35,734 nucleotides of DNA, taken from Octopus bimaculoides (lineage: Eukaryota). Below, in pieces: positions 1 through 12,769 of the stretch. Positions within the stretch are counted from its first letter, which is position 1; each line of letters starts with the position of its first letter. The notes below the pieces were generated by a model that did not search any database, was not told the origin of the DNA, and worked only from the letters and a program-made list of their open reading frames with translations. Made by a program: the position numbers and the translations under genes. The stretch lies in the NCBI RefSeq assembly GCF_001194135.2, contig NC_068996.1:12545045-12580778 (forward strand), in the 5' to 3' direction.

Positions 1-38
1 CGATCAGCTTCACACGCGCATACACGGTTATATTTGTG

Positions 39-93
<55 letters not shown>

Positions 94-388
94 TGATGTA
101 TATATACTTACATAATTTCATGTAATTTAAATGTATTACCTACTAATTAAACATTTCCATTTGTGTTGGTTTCCTATTTCGTGTGTGTGTGTGTCTATGC
201 ATTTACATAGTAATTATATTCAAATATAAATATGTATGCATGTGTGTATGTGTGTGTGCATATAATTTGATTTCCCCCCATCACCATCGTAGCGATTGAA
301 CTCACACCTCCCACGTTTGATTTCCTCCTTAATGCCCCATCATGCATCGTATGTCATGATATAGTCATTGTCACACACTGATAAACGG

Positions 389-425
<37 letters not shown>

Positions 426-440
426 CATTATTATCATTTA

Positions 441-1420
441 GGCGACGAGATGGCATAATGGTTATAGCACGCCGGAGAAAATGCTTAGCGGCATTTCGTC
501 CGTCCTTACGCTTTGAGTTCAAAGGCCACTGAGGTCAGCTTTACCTTTCATCCATTCAGTGTCGATAAAGTACAAGAAGAGTACAACGGTTGAAGTAATC
601 GCCATACCTGCCACTCGTCAAAATTTCCGGCCTTGTGCCTAAAACAGAAAGAATTATTATTATTATTATTCTTATTATTATTATTTAGGCTGCGAGCTGG
701 CAGAATCGCTATCATGGTATTCCTTCCAACTTTATTTTCTGAGTTGAAATGATGCTGAGAAACTGATGAAATGTGTACCAGTTGAACACTGAGGTCAGTG
801 TTATCGACTGGCCCTCTGCTCCAGAACTTCAGGCAATGTGCCTATATTAGAAAGGACTATTTATAATTATTATGTGCTGAAGTCGACTTTGCCTTTCATA
901 TTTTTGTGGTTGATGAAATAAATACCAGCTGAGTACTGGGGGTTGATGTAATCAATTTAGCCCTTCCCCTCCCCTCAACTTACTGGCCTTGGTGTCAAAA
1001 TATGAAACCTTTATTATTATGTGTTTTATTTCTTCCTTCAATTTTGCTTGTTTTTTTGCCAGGTGTCTTCTCGACACCTAGGGCAAACTAACTCGTATAC
1101 AATTGATAGGCCATTGAAATAAACCCACTAGATTGATGATTTACAAAATCAAGTGAAGTTATGTCAAAAAAAAAAAAATTGTTTTACTATTAAGGTTATC
1201 ATTTTCACAGCATCATTATTGACAAGTTGGCAGAATCATTAGCACATTGGACAAAATGCTTAGTGTTATGTGTTCTGAGTTCAAATGCCACTGAGGTCAA
1301 CTTCATTTTTCATCTTTTTGGGATCAATGAAATGAGCACTAGTTGAGCATTGGGGGTCAGTGTAAACAACTGGCACCTTCACCTCAAAATTTCAGGCCTT
1401 GTGCTTATAGTAGAAAGAAA

Positions 1421-1451
<31 letters not shown>

Positions 1452-1499
1452 TTGGCCTTGTGCCAAAATTTGAAACCATTATTATTATTATCATTATTA

Positions 1500-1531
<32 letters not shown>
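441..1531 (+). mobile_element. Head-to-tail cluster of four degenerate SINE family A1 copies (~441, 688, 893 5'-truncated, 1222) with (ATT)n tails
   Basis: Recurring head GGCNGCGAGCTGGCAGAATC, B-box-like GAGTTCAAA, body CTTTGCCTTTCATC..AAGTACCAG, tail GGCCTTGTGCC..AGAAAG or ..GAAACC followed by (ATT)n. Confidence 0.8.
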
Positions 1532-1536
<5 letters not shown>

Positions 1537-1864
1537 TGTTTGTTATTACTGTTTTTATTGTTCATTTTGTTACGAACACCTATACAATTATTTAGCAGCA
1601 CTTCCCAGTGTTTGACTTTGGTAATTCTCAATGTTTCAGAATTATACATATTTCTAATCCCCCACCCTCACAAAATCCTATTTTAGCCAGGATTTTATTT
1701 TCAGTGTGCAAACCCACAAAAAGCTAATTATTATATTCACCCTTACCTGTGTACATACACCCATTCACTCGCATAAATGAATGTGAAGGGGCCATGATCC
1801 TCAACTATAAGGGTCAGAGACATAAGGAAACCTGTTATTTTTCACCACAAACTGTACACACACA

Positions 1865-2760
1865 CACACACATCTGGCATAAAGCCACCACCCACATTGA
1901 AATGCTTCATCCATTTAGTCATGGTTACTTTTGCCCTGTTCTTTTTCCATCTTGCAAGTTACTTGGTGACCTAAATGGTACTGGTGCCTCATAAAAAGCA
2001 CCCAGTACACTCTGTAAAGTGGTCAACATTAGGAAGGGCATCCAGCTGTAGAAAACCATGCCAAAGCAGACAATAGAGTTTCGTGTAGTCTTCTAACTTG
2101 CCAGCTCCTGTCAAACCATCCAACCGGTGCTAGCATGGTAAGAGGATATCAAATCTCTGTAAAGTGGTTGCGCTTAAGAAGGGTACCCAGCTACAGAAAC
2201 CATGCCAAAGCAGACATGAGAACTTGGTACAGTCCTCTAGCTTGCCAGCTCCTGTCAAACTGTCCAACCCATGCCAGCATGGAAAAGGGATGTTAAATGA
2301 TGATGATGTTAGTAATCAAGACACCTATTTGTGTTCCTCTATTCATACTCTTTCTAACTATGCATTTCTCAACCTTTTCACAGTGGTTTAGATAGATTTT
2401 CCTACGGACCCCTTTTAATATGCTTATCCTTATATATATATATGTGTGTGTGTGTGTGAAATTTTGGATTTAGTTCATGGACCCCCAGTACTACCTTTGC
2501 TGACCCCAGGTTGGGAACACAACTGCTCTAGCCTCTTGTCATCTGGCTCAAAGCCACCTCCCTAAATGCTGCACCTGCTTTAGTTGAGAGGCCTTGTCTA
2601 GCCAATGACTTAGTGATCTCAATGCTACTTCTCTTATGTAAACCACATCCAGTACATTCTGTGAAGTGATTGGCATTTGGAAGGACATCCAGCCATAGAA
2701 ATCATGTCAAAGCAGACAATAGACCTCAATGCAGCCTTGCTGTATGCCGGTTCCCATCAA
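1865..2760 (+). mobile_element. Three copies of headless element D (two adjacent at ~1865-2310, one partial at ~2530-2760), probably a non-autonomous RTE-related retroelement
   Basis: Shared AAAAGCACCCAGTACACTCTG..AGGAAGGGCATCCAGCTGTAGAAACC..CCAACCCATGCCAGCATGG..GTTAAATGATGATGAT; same body recurs at 9.1-10.1, 11.2, 32.5 and 33.0 kb. Confidence 0.7.
2400..2530. mobile_element. Possible hAT/Charlie-type MITE end
   Basis: GACCCCAGGTTGGGAACACAACTG followed by CTCTAG resembles a Charlie-type terminus (CAGTGGTTCCCAACC) and TCTAG-type target; the other end was not found. Confidence 0.35.
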
Positions 2761-2799
2761 ATTGTCCTGTCTTTCCCAGCTTGGAAAACATTAAAAGAT

Positions 2800-2919
2800 A
2801 ATTTATCTGTTTTTATCTATCTGTCTGTCTGTCTATCTCCCTGTCTATATCTAATTGTCTGTCTATCTATCTATGTCTGTTTACCTATCTGTCTATCTAT
2901 CTGTCTATCTATCTATCTA

Positions 2920-2962
<43 letters not shown>

Positions 2963-3008
2963 CTTGTTGCTATGAGTAGGAGCACAGGCACTTCAAATTT
3001 TTATGTTA

Positions 3009-3059
<51 letters not shown>

Positions 3060-3090
3060 TATATAAATGTGTGTGTGTGTATACATATAT
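2800..3090. repeat. Compound microsatellite (TCTA/TCTG)n-(CA)n-(TA)n
   Basis: Directly visible. Confidence 0.95.
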
Positions 3091-3254
3091 AATCACTGTA
3101 TTGATCAGACTGTCAGATGTTTTTATACACCACTGTGATTATGATGTGTTTTCTACTATTTTGCTTTCGGATGATGCAACTCAGCTGGTTAGGTGGGAAG
3201 ACCAGCATTCCCTCTGAAGGGAACACCATTCTATCATAGGATTACCTATCCGTT

Positions 3255-3382
3255 TGAAGCCGAATGAACTGGAGCAATATGAAATGAAGTGTTTTGCACA
3301 AGAACACATGTCACCATCAGTATTGGCACCAAAACCACTTTCTTTCATTCATGAGTGCCAGCCCTTAACACTAGGCCACGTA
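3255..3382 (-). mobile_element. Degenerate tRNA-derived SINE head (family H)
   Basis: Minus strand begins GTACGTGGCCTAGTGTTAAGGGCTGGCACTCATG (A-box-like) and continues ..GTTCTTGTGCAAAACACTTCATTTCA..TGCTCCAGTTCA. Confidence 0.5.
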
Positions 3383-3403
3383 CTTTTATATACATATATA
3401 TCT

Positions 3404-3787
3404 CTTTTACTCTTGCTCTTTTACTTGTTTCAGTCATTTGACTTTGGCCATGCTGGAGCTTAGTCAAGCAAATCGACCCCAGGACTTATTCTTTGTAAGC
3501 CTAGTACTTATTCTATCGGTCTCTCTTTTGCCGAACTGCTAAGTTACGGGGATGTAAACACACCAGCATCAGTTGTCAAGCGATGTTGGGAGTGGGGGGA
3601 CAAATACAGACACACACACAGACATATACATATATATGACGGGCTTCTTTCAGTTTCTGTCTACGAAATCCACTCACAAGGCTCTGGTCAGCCTTAGGCT
3701 ATAGTAGAAGACACTTGCCCAAGGTGCCACGCAGTGGGAATGAACCCGGAACCATGTGGTTGGTAAGCAAGCTACTTACCACACCCA
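3404..3787 (-). mobile_element. Near full-length SINE B-C (tRNA head B, internal microsatellite, body C)
   Basis: Closely matches copies at 18147-18535, 21838-22237 and 22931-23325. Confidence 0.9.
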
Positions 3788-3915
3788 CATCATCATTTAA
3801 CATTTGTTTTCCATGCTGGAATGGGTTAGACTCTTTGAGCAGAGCTGGAAGCCTGAGAGCTGCACCAAGCTCCAGTCTGATTGGAGCTGTGGTTTCTATT
3901 GCTGGATGCCCTTCA
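3788..3915 (-). mobile_element. 3' fragment of element D
   Basis: Minus: AAGGGCATCCAGC..AACCCATTCCAGCATGG..GTTAAATGATGATG. Confidence 0.75.
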
Positions 3916-3917
3916 AT

Positions 3918-4190
3918 TTAGAGGCACATGCTTATAGTTGGGTCATTCATCCTAATCATTTTTGCCACAGTCACTCATCTTTTTACAATTTAACTGGGAG
4001 GTTAAATTCCCTCTCCGTCCTTGCTTTACTTTCCAAGCAGAGCTTTAAAATGCTAATGAGGGCTTGACCAAAAAGGAAAGTGTCTTTCTTCAATACATTC
4101 AGTATTGATCACCACAAAATCCTCTTTCACCGTAGCTAAAGAAAAGCTGCCTTAACAAATTCTGCCTAATTGAACATTAAAATGTTGATG
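3918..4190 (-). pseudogene. Tx1/L1-clade LINE ORF2 C-terminal remnant
   Basis: Frameshifted translation DTFLFGQALISILKLCLESKARTERE..VTVAKMIRMN aligns with the copy at 17235-17645. Confidence 0.65.
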
Positions 4191-4197
4191 TTCAAAT

Positions 4198-4431
4198 GAT
4201 GATGATGATAATGATGGTATTTGTGATTTAGGCACAAGGCCAACAATTCAATGGAGAGTTGATTAGTTGAATATATCAACTCTTGTGCCCAACTTGTATT
4301 TAATTTATCGATCCTAGAAGGTTGAAAGGTAATATTGACTTTGGCAGAATTTGAACACAGAATGTAAATCTGGTATAAATGTTACTAGGCATTTTATCCA
4401 GCATGCAAATGATTTTGTCGGCTTGCTTCCT
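4198..4431 (-). mobile_element. SINE A1 copy with (ATC/ATT)n tail
   Basis: Family A head, body and GGCCTTGTGCC tail on the minus strand. Confidence 0.75.
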
Positions 4432-4447
4432 TAATAATAACAATAAG

Positions 4448-4816
4448 AACAAGAGAACTCAAAGAACGCAAGCCTCTGCCAAGGCAACATCAATGTCCTC
4501 TCAGCAATTAGCCAAAGATGATTTTTTAAGTGTGAATATTTGAAATAAACTCGACTGCTATTATAAATGAGAATACTAAAAATGAACCTGATTGCTCTCA
4601 AAAATTAAGTAAAAAAAGCTGGAAAAATAATCCAGAATCCTTGATCGGGGTATGAGATTGATCCCGAAATCTAATCAGTTTGTGCCAGTTGTGAGGCCAA
4701 ACATCCCTGGAAGTTTCATGCGAATCCATCCGGCGGTTCTTGAGATATCTTGTCCACGGACAAACAAACAAACTCTACTGTAAACAATACCTCCACCTTC
4801 TCTAAAGCGGATGTAA
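4448..4816 (-). mobile_element. HINE/DINE-1-like non-autonomous Helentron-type element
   Basis: Minus: TTACATCCGC..AAGGTGGAGGTA (degenerate palindromic subterminal repeat), (GTTT)n, ATATCTCAAGAACC..ATGAAACTT, 3' CCTTGGCAGAGG repeat and CTCTTGTT end; sits in a T-rich (ATT)n tract. Confidence 0.6.
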
Positions 4817-5190
4817 AAATCCTTTCTACTATAGGGACAAAACCTGAAACTTTGTGGGAGGGAGATAACCAATTGCATCAACCCCAGTATTCAACTGGTG
4901 CTTATTTTATTGACCCCCAAATGGATGGAAGGCAAAGTCTGCTTCTGTGGAATTTCAATTCAGAACATAAAGCCAAAAAGAAAAAAAAAATGTATATATA
5001 TATACCACAAAGAAGTTTGTCAGTGTGTTACCAATTCTGATACCTCTTTGCCTTAATAATAATAATTCAAATTACATTGAATCCCCAGTACATGACTGGT
5101 ACTTATTATACCAGCCTTAAAAAAAATGAGAAGTAAAGTTGACATCAGCATGATTTAAACTCAAAATGGAAAGAATTGGAATAAAAATTA
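4817..5190 (-). mobile_element. One full and one partial SINE A1 copy
   Basis: Family A motifs on the minus strand separated by (AAT)n. Confidence 0.7.
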
Positions 5191-5589
5191 CTGTCATGAA
5201 ACAAATAAAACTAAAAGTTAATCATAGACCTGATAAAGAAAATAGTGTTTAATTTCTCAAGAGTACTTATTCTGTTATACACACATAGACATCTATACAC
5301 ACATGTATATATACATACGCACAGATACACACACAAATATATATATATATACATACCCATACACACACTTATATATATATAATATATTATATACATATGT
5401 ATGTATGTATATGTACATTGCCTGATAAGAAATATCTTTAATTACACTAAGGGGTGTAAAGATAGTTATATAGGATAGTTCAGAGATATTGCTAATTAAA
5501 TATAGCCTAACAATTATTCTTATTCAAAGAGAACGTTTCTCGAATGTATTTTGATTAAATAATAATTTCCTCAATTGTTAGACAGTATA

Positions 5590-6445
5590 GTAATATCCCT
5601 TTCTAACTTTGATGCAAGGCCAGCAATTTTTGAGAAGTAGGTGGTGGGTGGAAATCAATTGTATCAAGCTTTGTGCTCATTTGGTACACATTTCAATCAC
5701 CTCAAATGGATGAAAAGCTTAGTTGGCTTCGACAGAATTTGAACTCAGAATGTAAAGACCCTTGGAAAATTGCTGTTAAGCAATGAGTCCAGAATGCTAA
5801 CAGTTCTGCCAGCTCACTGGCTTATTAAGGACGATGATGATGATGATAATAATGGTTTCAAATTTTGGCACAAGTCCAAGCAATTTCTGGATAGAGGTAA
5901 AGTTGATTATATCAATCTCAGTCAAGTAGTAATTATTTTATCGACCCTGAAGGGGTAATAATAATAATCCTTTTAACTAAAGGCACAAGGCTTGAAATTT
6001 TTTGGGGAGGGGGCTAGTCGATTATATCTACCCCCAGTGTTTCACTGGTACCTATTTAATTGATCCCGAAAGGATGAAAGGCAACGTCGACCTTAGTGGA
6101 ATTTGAACTCAGAACATTCACAGAACATTGAAATACTGCTTAGCATTTTGACCAGCATGCTAACAATTCTGCCCCTTGCTGCCGTAGTAGTAATAATAAT
6201 AATAATAATCCTTTCTACTATAGACTCAACTCCTGACATTTTTGGGTAGTGAATTACATCATTTTGGCTAGTGAAAATTACATCAACACCCAGTGCTCAA
6301 CTGGTACTTGTTTATCAACCATAAAAGGATGAAAAACAATGTCGACCTTGCTGAAATTTGAACTTAGAACGTAAAGAGCTGGAAGAAATATCATTAATCA
6401 ATGTGTCCAGCATGCTAATGATTCTGTGAGTTTCCAGCTTTAATA
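5590..6445 (-). mobile_element. Head-to-tail array of four SINE A1 copies (one partial)
   Basis: Units at ~5590-5830, 5850-5955, 5960-6185 and 6210-6440, each bounded by (AAT/GAT)n. Confidence 0.85.
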
Positions 6446-7034
6446 ATAATGTTAGTTAAATGGTATCAGTAGAAAAATAGAGAAAACAATCGAATTGAAT
6501 TGTATGTAGAATGATCTAAGCTATATACATATATATATGAGAAATAAAAGGGATTTAAAAACTCCAGGCAGATATTAATAAAGCACTAAGTATTAAAAGA
6601 ATTTGGTTGCAAATGTTCAACAATCAGATACCAGTAAATGTAAGTAGAATACAGATCCCAGGTAACTAGGTAAATCCTCATGCATGACAGGTAAATCCAA
6701 ACATCCTTTGACAGAATTTCGAGAAAATCAGAGTATTTGACAGCAGAAAATATGTATAAAGAAAATTACATATTTATTATAGATCTCACCTTATAAAGCC
6801 AACAGTTGTTTCTATTGCACACACACACACACATACACACGCACATGTGCACACACGCACATGCACGCACGCACACACATTCTTACACATACAATTATAT
6901 ATATGTATGACCAACCCACTCACCGTACATATATAATTAGGTAGAAACTTTATGTATGAGTATGTGTATGCTTAAACATCGATCTGTAATATCGTTCAAT
7001 ATAGTGCTATGTCTAAAGTACATCTCTGACTCTG

Positions 7035-8910
7035 TCCATCTATGTCTCTCTCTCTCTACCTCTCTATCTACCTGCACTTATTTACTATCATTCTATCTAT
7101 TTATTTAACATTCCATCTATTTATCTATCTATTTANNNNNNNNNNNNNNNNNNNNNNNNNNNNNNNNNNNNNNNNNNNNNNNNNNNNNNNNNNNNNNNNN
7201 NNNNNNNNNNNNNNNNNNNNNNNNNNNNNNNNNNNNNNNNNNNNNNNNNNNNNNNNNNNNNNNNNNNNNNNNNNNNNNNNNNNNNNNNNNNNNNNNNNNN
7301 NNNNNNNNNNNNNNNNNNNNNNNNNNNNNNNNNNNNNNNNNNNNNNNNNNNNNNNNNNNNNNNNNNNNNNNNNNNNNNNNNNNNNNNNNNNNNNNNNNNN
7401 NNNNNNNNNNNNNNNNNNNNNNNNNNNNNNNNNNNNNNNNNNNNNNNNNNNNNNNNNNNNNNNNNNNNNNNNNNNNNNNNNNNNNNNNNNNNNNNNNNNN
7501 NNNNNNNNNNNNNNNNNNNNNNNNNNNNNNNNNNNNNNNNNNNNNNNNNNNNNNNNNNNNNNNNNNNNNNNNNNNNNNNNNNNNNNNNNNNNNNNNNNNN
7601 NNNNNNNNNNNNNNNNNNNNNNNNNNNNNNNNNNNNNNNNNNNNNNNNNNNNNNNNNNNNNNNNNNNNNNNNNNNNNNNNNNNNNNNNNNNNNNNNNNNN
7701 NNNNNNNNNNNNNNNNNNNNNNNNNNNNNNNNNNNNNNNNNNNNNNNNNNNNNNNNNNNNNNNNNNNNNNNNNNNNNNNNNNNNNNNNNNNNNNNNNNNN
7801 NNNNNNNNNNNNNNNNNNNNNNNNNNNNNNNNNNNNNNNNNNNNNNNNNNNNNNNNNNNNNNNNNNNNNNNNNNNNNNNNNNNNNNNNNNNNNNNNNNNN
7901 NNNNNNNNNNNNNNNNNNNNNNNNNNNNNNNNNNNNNNNNNNNNNNNNNNNNNNNNNNNNNNNNNNNNNNNNNNNNNNNNNNNNNNNNNNNNNNNNNNNN
8001 NNNNNNNNNNNNNNNNNNNNNNNNNNNNNNNNNNNNNNNNNNNNNNNNTATCTGTCTATCCATGTATGTCTAGCTATCTAGCTATCTGTCTATCCATGTA
8101 CTTCTATCTATCTAGCTATCTGTCTATCCATGTACGTCTATCTATCTAGCTATGTCTATCCACGTATGTCTATCTCTCTAGCTATCTGTCTATCCATGTT
8201 CATCTGTCTGTCTGCCTGTATATCCATCCATCCATTTACATCTATTATCTATCTATCTATCTATCTAACCATTTACGTCTATCTTTCTATTTATTTATCT
8301 ATCCATTTACATCTATCTATCTATCTGTCTATCTATCCACCTATCTTTATTTATTTATTCATTTATTTATGTATGTATGTATTTGTGTATCTATATCTTT
8401 CTATCTATCTTTCTGTCTGTCTGTCTGTCTGAGCTTGTTTATTTATGTGTCAGTTTGTGTTATCATGTGTCTATATTTGTATATATATCTATGTCTGTCA
8501 GTCTGTTTACCTATCTGCCTCTCTATTTATCTATCTATTTATTTGTCGCTGTCTATTTGCTTGTTGGTCAATCTATTTATCTGTTTTCATTCTACCTGTC
8601 TGTGTATCTATTTAGCTGTCTATCCATCCATCTGTCTGTCTATCTATTTATCTCTCTCTCTACCTGTCAGTCTATTTACTTGTCTATCTATCTGTCTACC
8701 TGTCTGTCTATTTATCTATCTCTGTTTATTTGGTCTTCTGTGTATCTGCTTGTTTGCTTGTGTGTGTGTGTTTTTACCTATCTTTTTTATCTATCTTTTT
8801 GTCTATATATTTATCCCTCTGTGTGTCTGTCTCTTTCTTTCTCTATACCTGTGTGTCTCTGTCTTTCTTTATATCTATCTCTCTATTCACCTACCTGTCT
8901 ATTTATAGAT
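7035..8910. repeat. Long degenerate (TCTA/TCTG/TTTA)n tract containing an assembly gap (7136-8048)
   Basis: Directly visible. Confidence 0.95.
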
Positions 8911-8924
8911 GTTAGTTTAACAAC

Positions 8925-9155
8925 TATTTTCAGAAAGTTCTGGGAAGTATTAACTTTGCTGATAACAAAGGGATTTTTCTGCCAGTGTTAAAGGGGTTAT
9001 CTTATGAAACCTATGCTGTATTGCTCATGAAAAACAGTCCTTAATTGTGGAGGATTTGTGAAAGCTAGAAAGACATGAATTAAGCATACTTCGCTGGAAG
9101 TTTGATTACAGTTTATAAATCATGGAACACAAACGAGAGAAGAGAACAACTGAAT
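8925..9155 (+). pseudogene. RTE-clade LINE ORF remnant
   Basis: Broken frames give RKFWEVLTLLITKGF and VEDL*KLERHELSILRW, resembling the post-RT region of RTE ORFs (KFREL.PLL.KG..LERNE.SMLRW, recalled pattern). Confidence 0.55.
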
Positions 9156-9156
9156 A

Positions 9157-10140
9157 TCATCAACATCCTCATTTATTGTTGTTTGATGGGAGCTGGCAAG
9201 TCAGAAGACTGCTCCAAGCTCTAATGTCTGTTTTGGCATGGTTTCTACAGCTTCCTAATACCAACTATTGTACAGAGTGTACTGGGTGCTTTTATTGTGG
9301 TATCAACATTGATAAGGTCATAAAGTAACTTACAAGACAAGACCTCCTCAACTGAAGTAGGGGGAGTACTATTGAAGTGAGGTGAGAGGTCAGAATATGA
9401 ATTGTGGGACAGAAATATGTCTTGCAGTAAAGGAGACGCATGGCTACTTCAGTTTGAAAGATTGTTAGATATATATGTATATAAATGGATCATCATATTC
9501 ATCATCATCATTGAATGTCCATTTTCCATGCTGGCATGGGTTGGACTGTTTGAGGGGAGCTGGTAAATCAAAAGACTGTGTTAAGTTCCTGCTGTCTACT
9601 TTGGCATGATTTCTACAGTCAGATGCCCTTTCTTATGCCAACCACTTCCCAGAACGTTGTGGGTACTTTTATCACTAGGCACAATCACCAGCAAAGGCTG
9701 CTAAGTTACTTGCAAGACAAGACCCCTTATCTGAGTAGGGGGTGGGGGTGGGCTAGTATTGAGGTGATTTTGTTGTCAGGAGAAGAGAATATTAATAGAG
9801 GGACTGAAATAGGTGTCTTTGCAGCAAGGGAGTTACATGCTTACTCCAGTTGGAAAGATTATATTAAATATATGTATATAATTGGATCATCATAATCATC
9901 ATCATTTAGCACCTTCTGTCCATGCTGGCATGGGTTGGATGGTTTGACAGGAGCTGAGAAGTCGGAAGATTAAACCAAGCTCTAGTGTCTGCTGTGGTAT
10001 GGTTTCTACAGCTGGATGCCCTTCCTAAGACTGGCCACTCCACAGAGTGTACTGGGTGCTTTTCCTGTGGCCCCCAACAGCAGTAAGGGTTACCAAGTAA
10101 CTTGAAAGACAAGGCCCCTCAACTGAGGAGTGGAAGTGGT
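9157..10140 (-). mobile_element. Three head-to-tail copies of element D
   Basis: Units ~9157-9465, 9497-9860 and 9887-10140, each with D body and (CAT)n on plus, i.e. a (GAT)n tail. Confidence 0.8.
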
Positions 10141-10656
10141 TTAGAATTAGTCATAAATTGTCATATCAATCAATATAATCAAGCTAAATTGCACTTCTTT
10201 GAAGGTTATTTATTATATATTTATTATTCATTTATATAATTTCATTTTTAGCTTTGCAGTGAAAATATTTGTTTATTTGATTTTTTTTTTCTGTCAAATT
10301 GGATTTGATTATCCAGTAATCAATGAACTTTTGTTTTGTAAATAAAATAAAAAAAAAACAATGTAAATTAATAAAATAAAGTGATTGAAGGCATAGAATG
10401 AAATGAAACTGGTATGATATTTGGATATTATATTTGTAGAAGAGAGAGGGGAGAAAGGGTGTGTGTGTGTGTGTTTGTATTTATTATTCTTTAATAGTAT
10501 TGATAGTATTGATAGTGACTTTGAAGTTTTGGCTACCTATGTCAGTACTGTTATTATTGAAGAATAAATAATTTGTACTCTACGAAAAGTATTGAGTAAT
10601 CCTTCAGATTAATATAAAATTTTCATGATTACAAAAAAATCCACCTTTATATATAT

Positions 10657-10812
10657 AGGAGTGGCTGTGCGGTCAGTAGCTTGCTTACCAACCACACGGT
10701 TCAGGGTTCAGTCCCACTGTGTGGCACTTTGGGCAGGTGCTTTCTAATATAGCCTCAGGCTGCCCAAAGCCTTGTGAGTGGATTTGGTTAATGGAAACTG
10801 AAAGAAGCCTGT

Positions 10813-10857
<45 letters not shown>

Positions 10858-11358
10858 CTGTTGGGGCAAGTGAATTCGAAATCGTAATTGAACCATATTC
10901 GATGACTGGCACCTGTGCCAGTGGAGCACTAACACCACTGTCCGAGCGTGTTCATTTCCAGAGCAGCTGTCTGGCTTCCATGCTAGTGGCCCGTAAATAG
11001 CACCATTTGAGTGTAATCATTACCAGCGTCGCCTTCTAGCACTTGTGCTGGTGGCACGTTAGAAAATCATTCGAGCGAGGTCGTTGCCAGTGCCGCTGGA
11101 CTGGCTCCTGTGCAGGTGGCACGTAAAAAACACCATTTTGAGTGTGGCCATTGCCAGTACCTCCTGACTGGCTCTCGTGCCGGTGGCATTCAAAAGCACC
11201 CACTACACTCTTGGAGTGGTTGGCGTTAGGAAGGGCATCCAGCTGTAGAAACTCTGCCAGATCAGAATGAAGCCTGGTGCAGCCTTCTGGCTTGCCAGAC
11301 CTCAGTCAAATCATCCAACCCATGCTAGCATGGAAAGCAGACGTTAAATGATGATGAT
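10657..11358 (+). mobile_element. Composite SINE B-D: tRNA head B, (TA)n, ~65-bp internal tandem repeat, D 3' body, (GAT)n tail
   Basis: Head matches the B-C head; ~4.5 units beginning ACTGGC at 10905-11210; ends GGACGTTAAATGATGAT-like (CAGACGTTAAATGATGATGAT). Confidence 0.85.
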
Positions 11359-11859
11359 ATATTACACATATATTGCATCATTTTGTCAGATGATTGTCGT
11401 CTCACATTCATTCAGCCAAATTGTTCTGATTTACTTTCATCCATGCATATTCCATCTCCATAGAACTCTATAAAATACAAAAATGGATCTAGAAATGAAA
11501 TGAAAGTGAGACATCTGTACATCCTAGGATTTAAGTGGCAAAAGCTTGTACAGCACTTTTGCCATTCCCTTGGTTGCTATAGTAGGTTCTGGGGACAAGG
11601 AATGCAATATTTTAGTATCTTTCTCCTAAAAGAGCTGCTTTTTCCACAGCTTTGTCAAAAATAATGGAAGCCTTCTCTACACTTGGGAAAATCAATTTAA
11701 CTGATAGATGGGACCCTGATAGGTATTACAGTTCTATGTCAGAAGGGACCTGGAAGTAATGGTAATTAAATGGTGATGCCACTCTCCACACAACTCCAGA
11801 ACTTCCAAACTAGACCCTCACCACTGAATGCAATTTGATGTCATACCCAGGACACCATG

Positions 11860-12090
<231 letters not shown>

Positions 12091-12399
12091 TTTTAGTCAC
12101 ATTCTTAGTTTTAAAATAAATCCAATTGTGGTTTATAATTCTAATGAATAATCACATATTGTACATATGCACGTGTGTGTGTATGTGTGTGTGTGTTTGT
12201 GTGATGGGGGTAAGGGAAAGATCATATCAACTCAACAAGATCAAACACCTGCTTGTGACAGATAATAAGACAGTCAACTCCTGTGTGTGTGTGTCCTGAT
12301 ACTTAGCTTCTGTAGGTAATTGAAGCTCTGCCCCTAAGCCACTCCCTGTGTTTTATTACACATCTGCTTTATTACAACAAAAACTTTATTACTTGCACC

Positions 12400-12492
12400 A
12401 ATACATGCAGCCACCACCACCACTACCGATCATCACCACCACTACAACTACACCAACTACTGTTACATCACCCACCACCACCACCACCACTA

Positions 12493-12525
<33 letters not shown>

Positions 12526-12585
12526 TTACAACTACCACTACCACCACCACCAATTCCACCACCACCACCACTACTACACCATCTA
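12400..12585. repeat. (ACC/ACT)n trinucleotide tract
   Basis: Directly visible; accounts for the poly-Thr/poly-Val ORFs. Confidence 0.9.
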
Positions 12586-12724
12586 TATGCCATATTACTG
12601 CTATGAATCCTGTAGGAGTTTTTTTTCTTCTACTGGTTGCATGGATAATCTTAGTTAATCAAAATTCTTCAGCCCATTACTTATGTAAATTGCCAAGCTA
12701 TTTTTTTTTCAGCTGTATTGTCTA

Positions 12725-12760
<36 letters not shown>

Positions 12761-12769
12761 ACACATGTT

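Noticed and set aside
745-790. CTGATGA..GAAA hammerhead-like core
   Set aside because: No flanking stems; lies in a deleted SINE A copy.
1061-1082. Hairpin AGGTGTC-TTCTC-GACACCT
   Set aside because: Isolated 7-bp stem, probably part of a small repeat remnant.
5590-6445. CRISPR-like repeat-spacer pattern in arrays
   Set aside because: Eukaryotic SINE copies separated by microsatellites; no constant-length unique spacers or cas genes.
7042-8073. Long ORFs (343, 312, 278, 305-322 aa etc.) spanning N-runs here and at 14.2, 15.7, 19.3 and 25.0 kb
   Set aside because: Artefacts of translating assembly gaps.
8130-8910. LSI/YL/CV-rich ORFs
   Set aside because: Translations of tetranucleotide microsatellite.
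12348-12725. Mucin-like Thr-rich ORF with hydrophobic tail
   Set aside because: Explained by (ACC/ACT)n; no real start or splice context.
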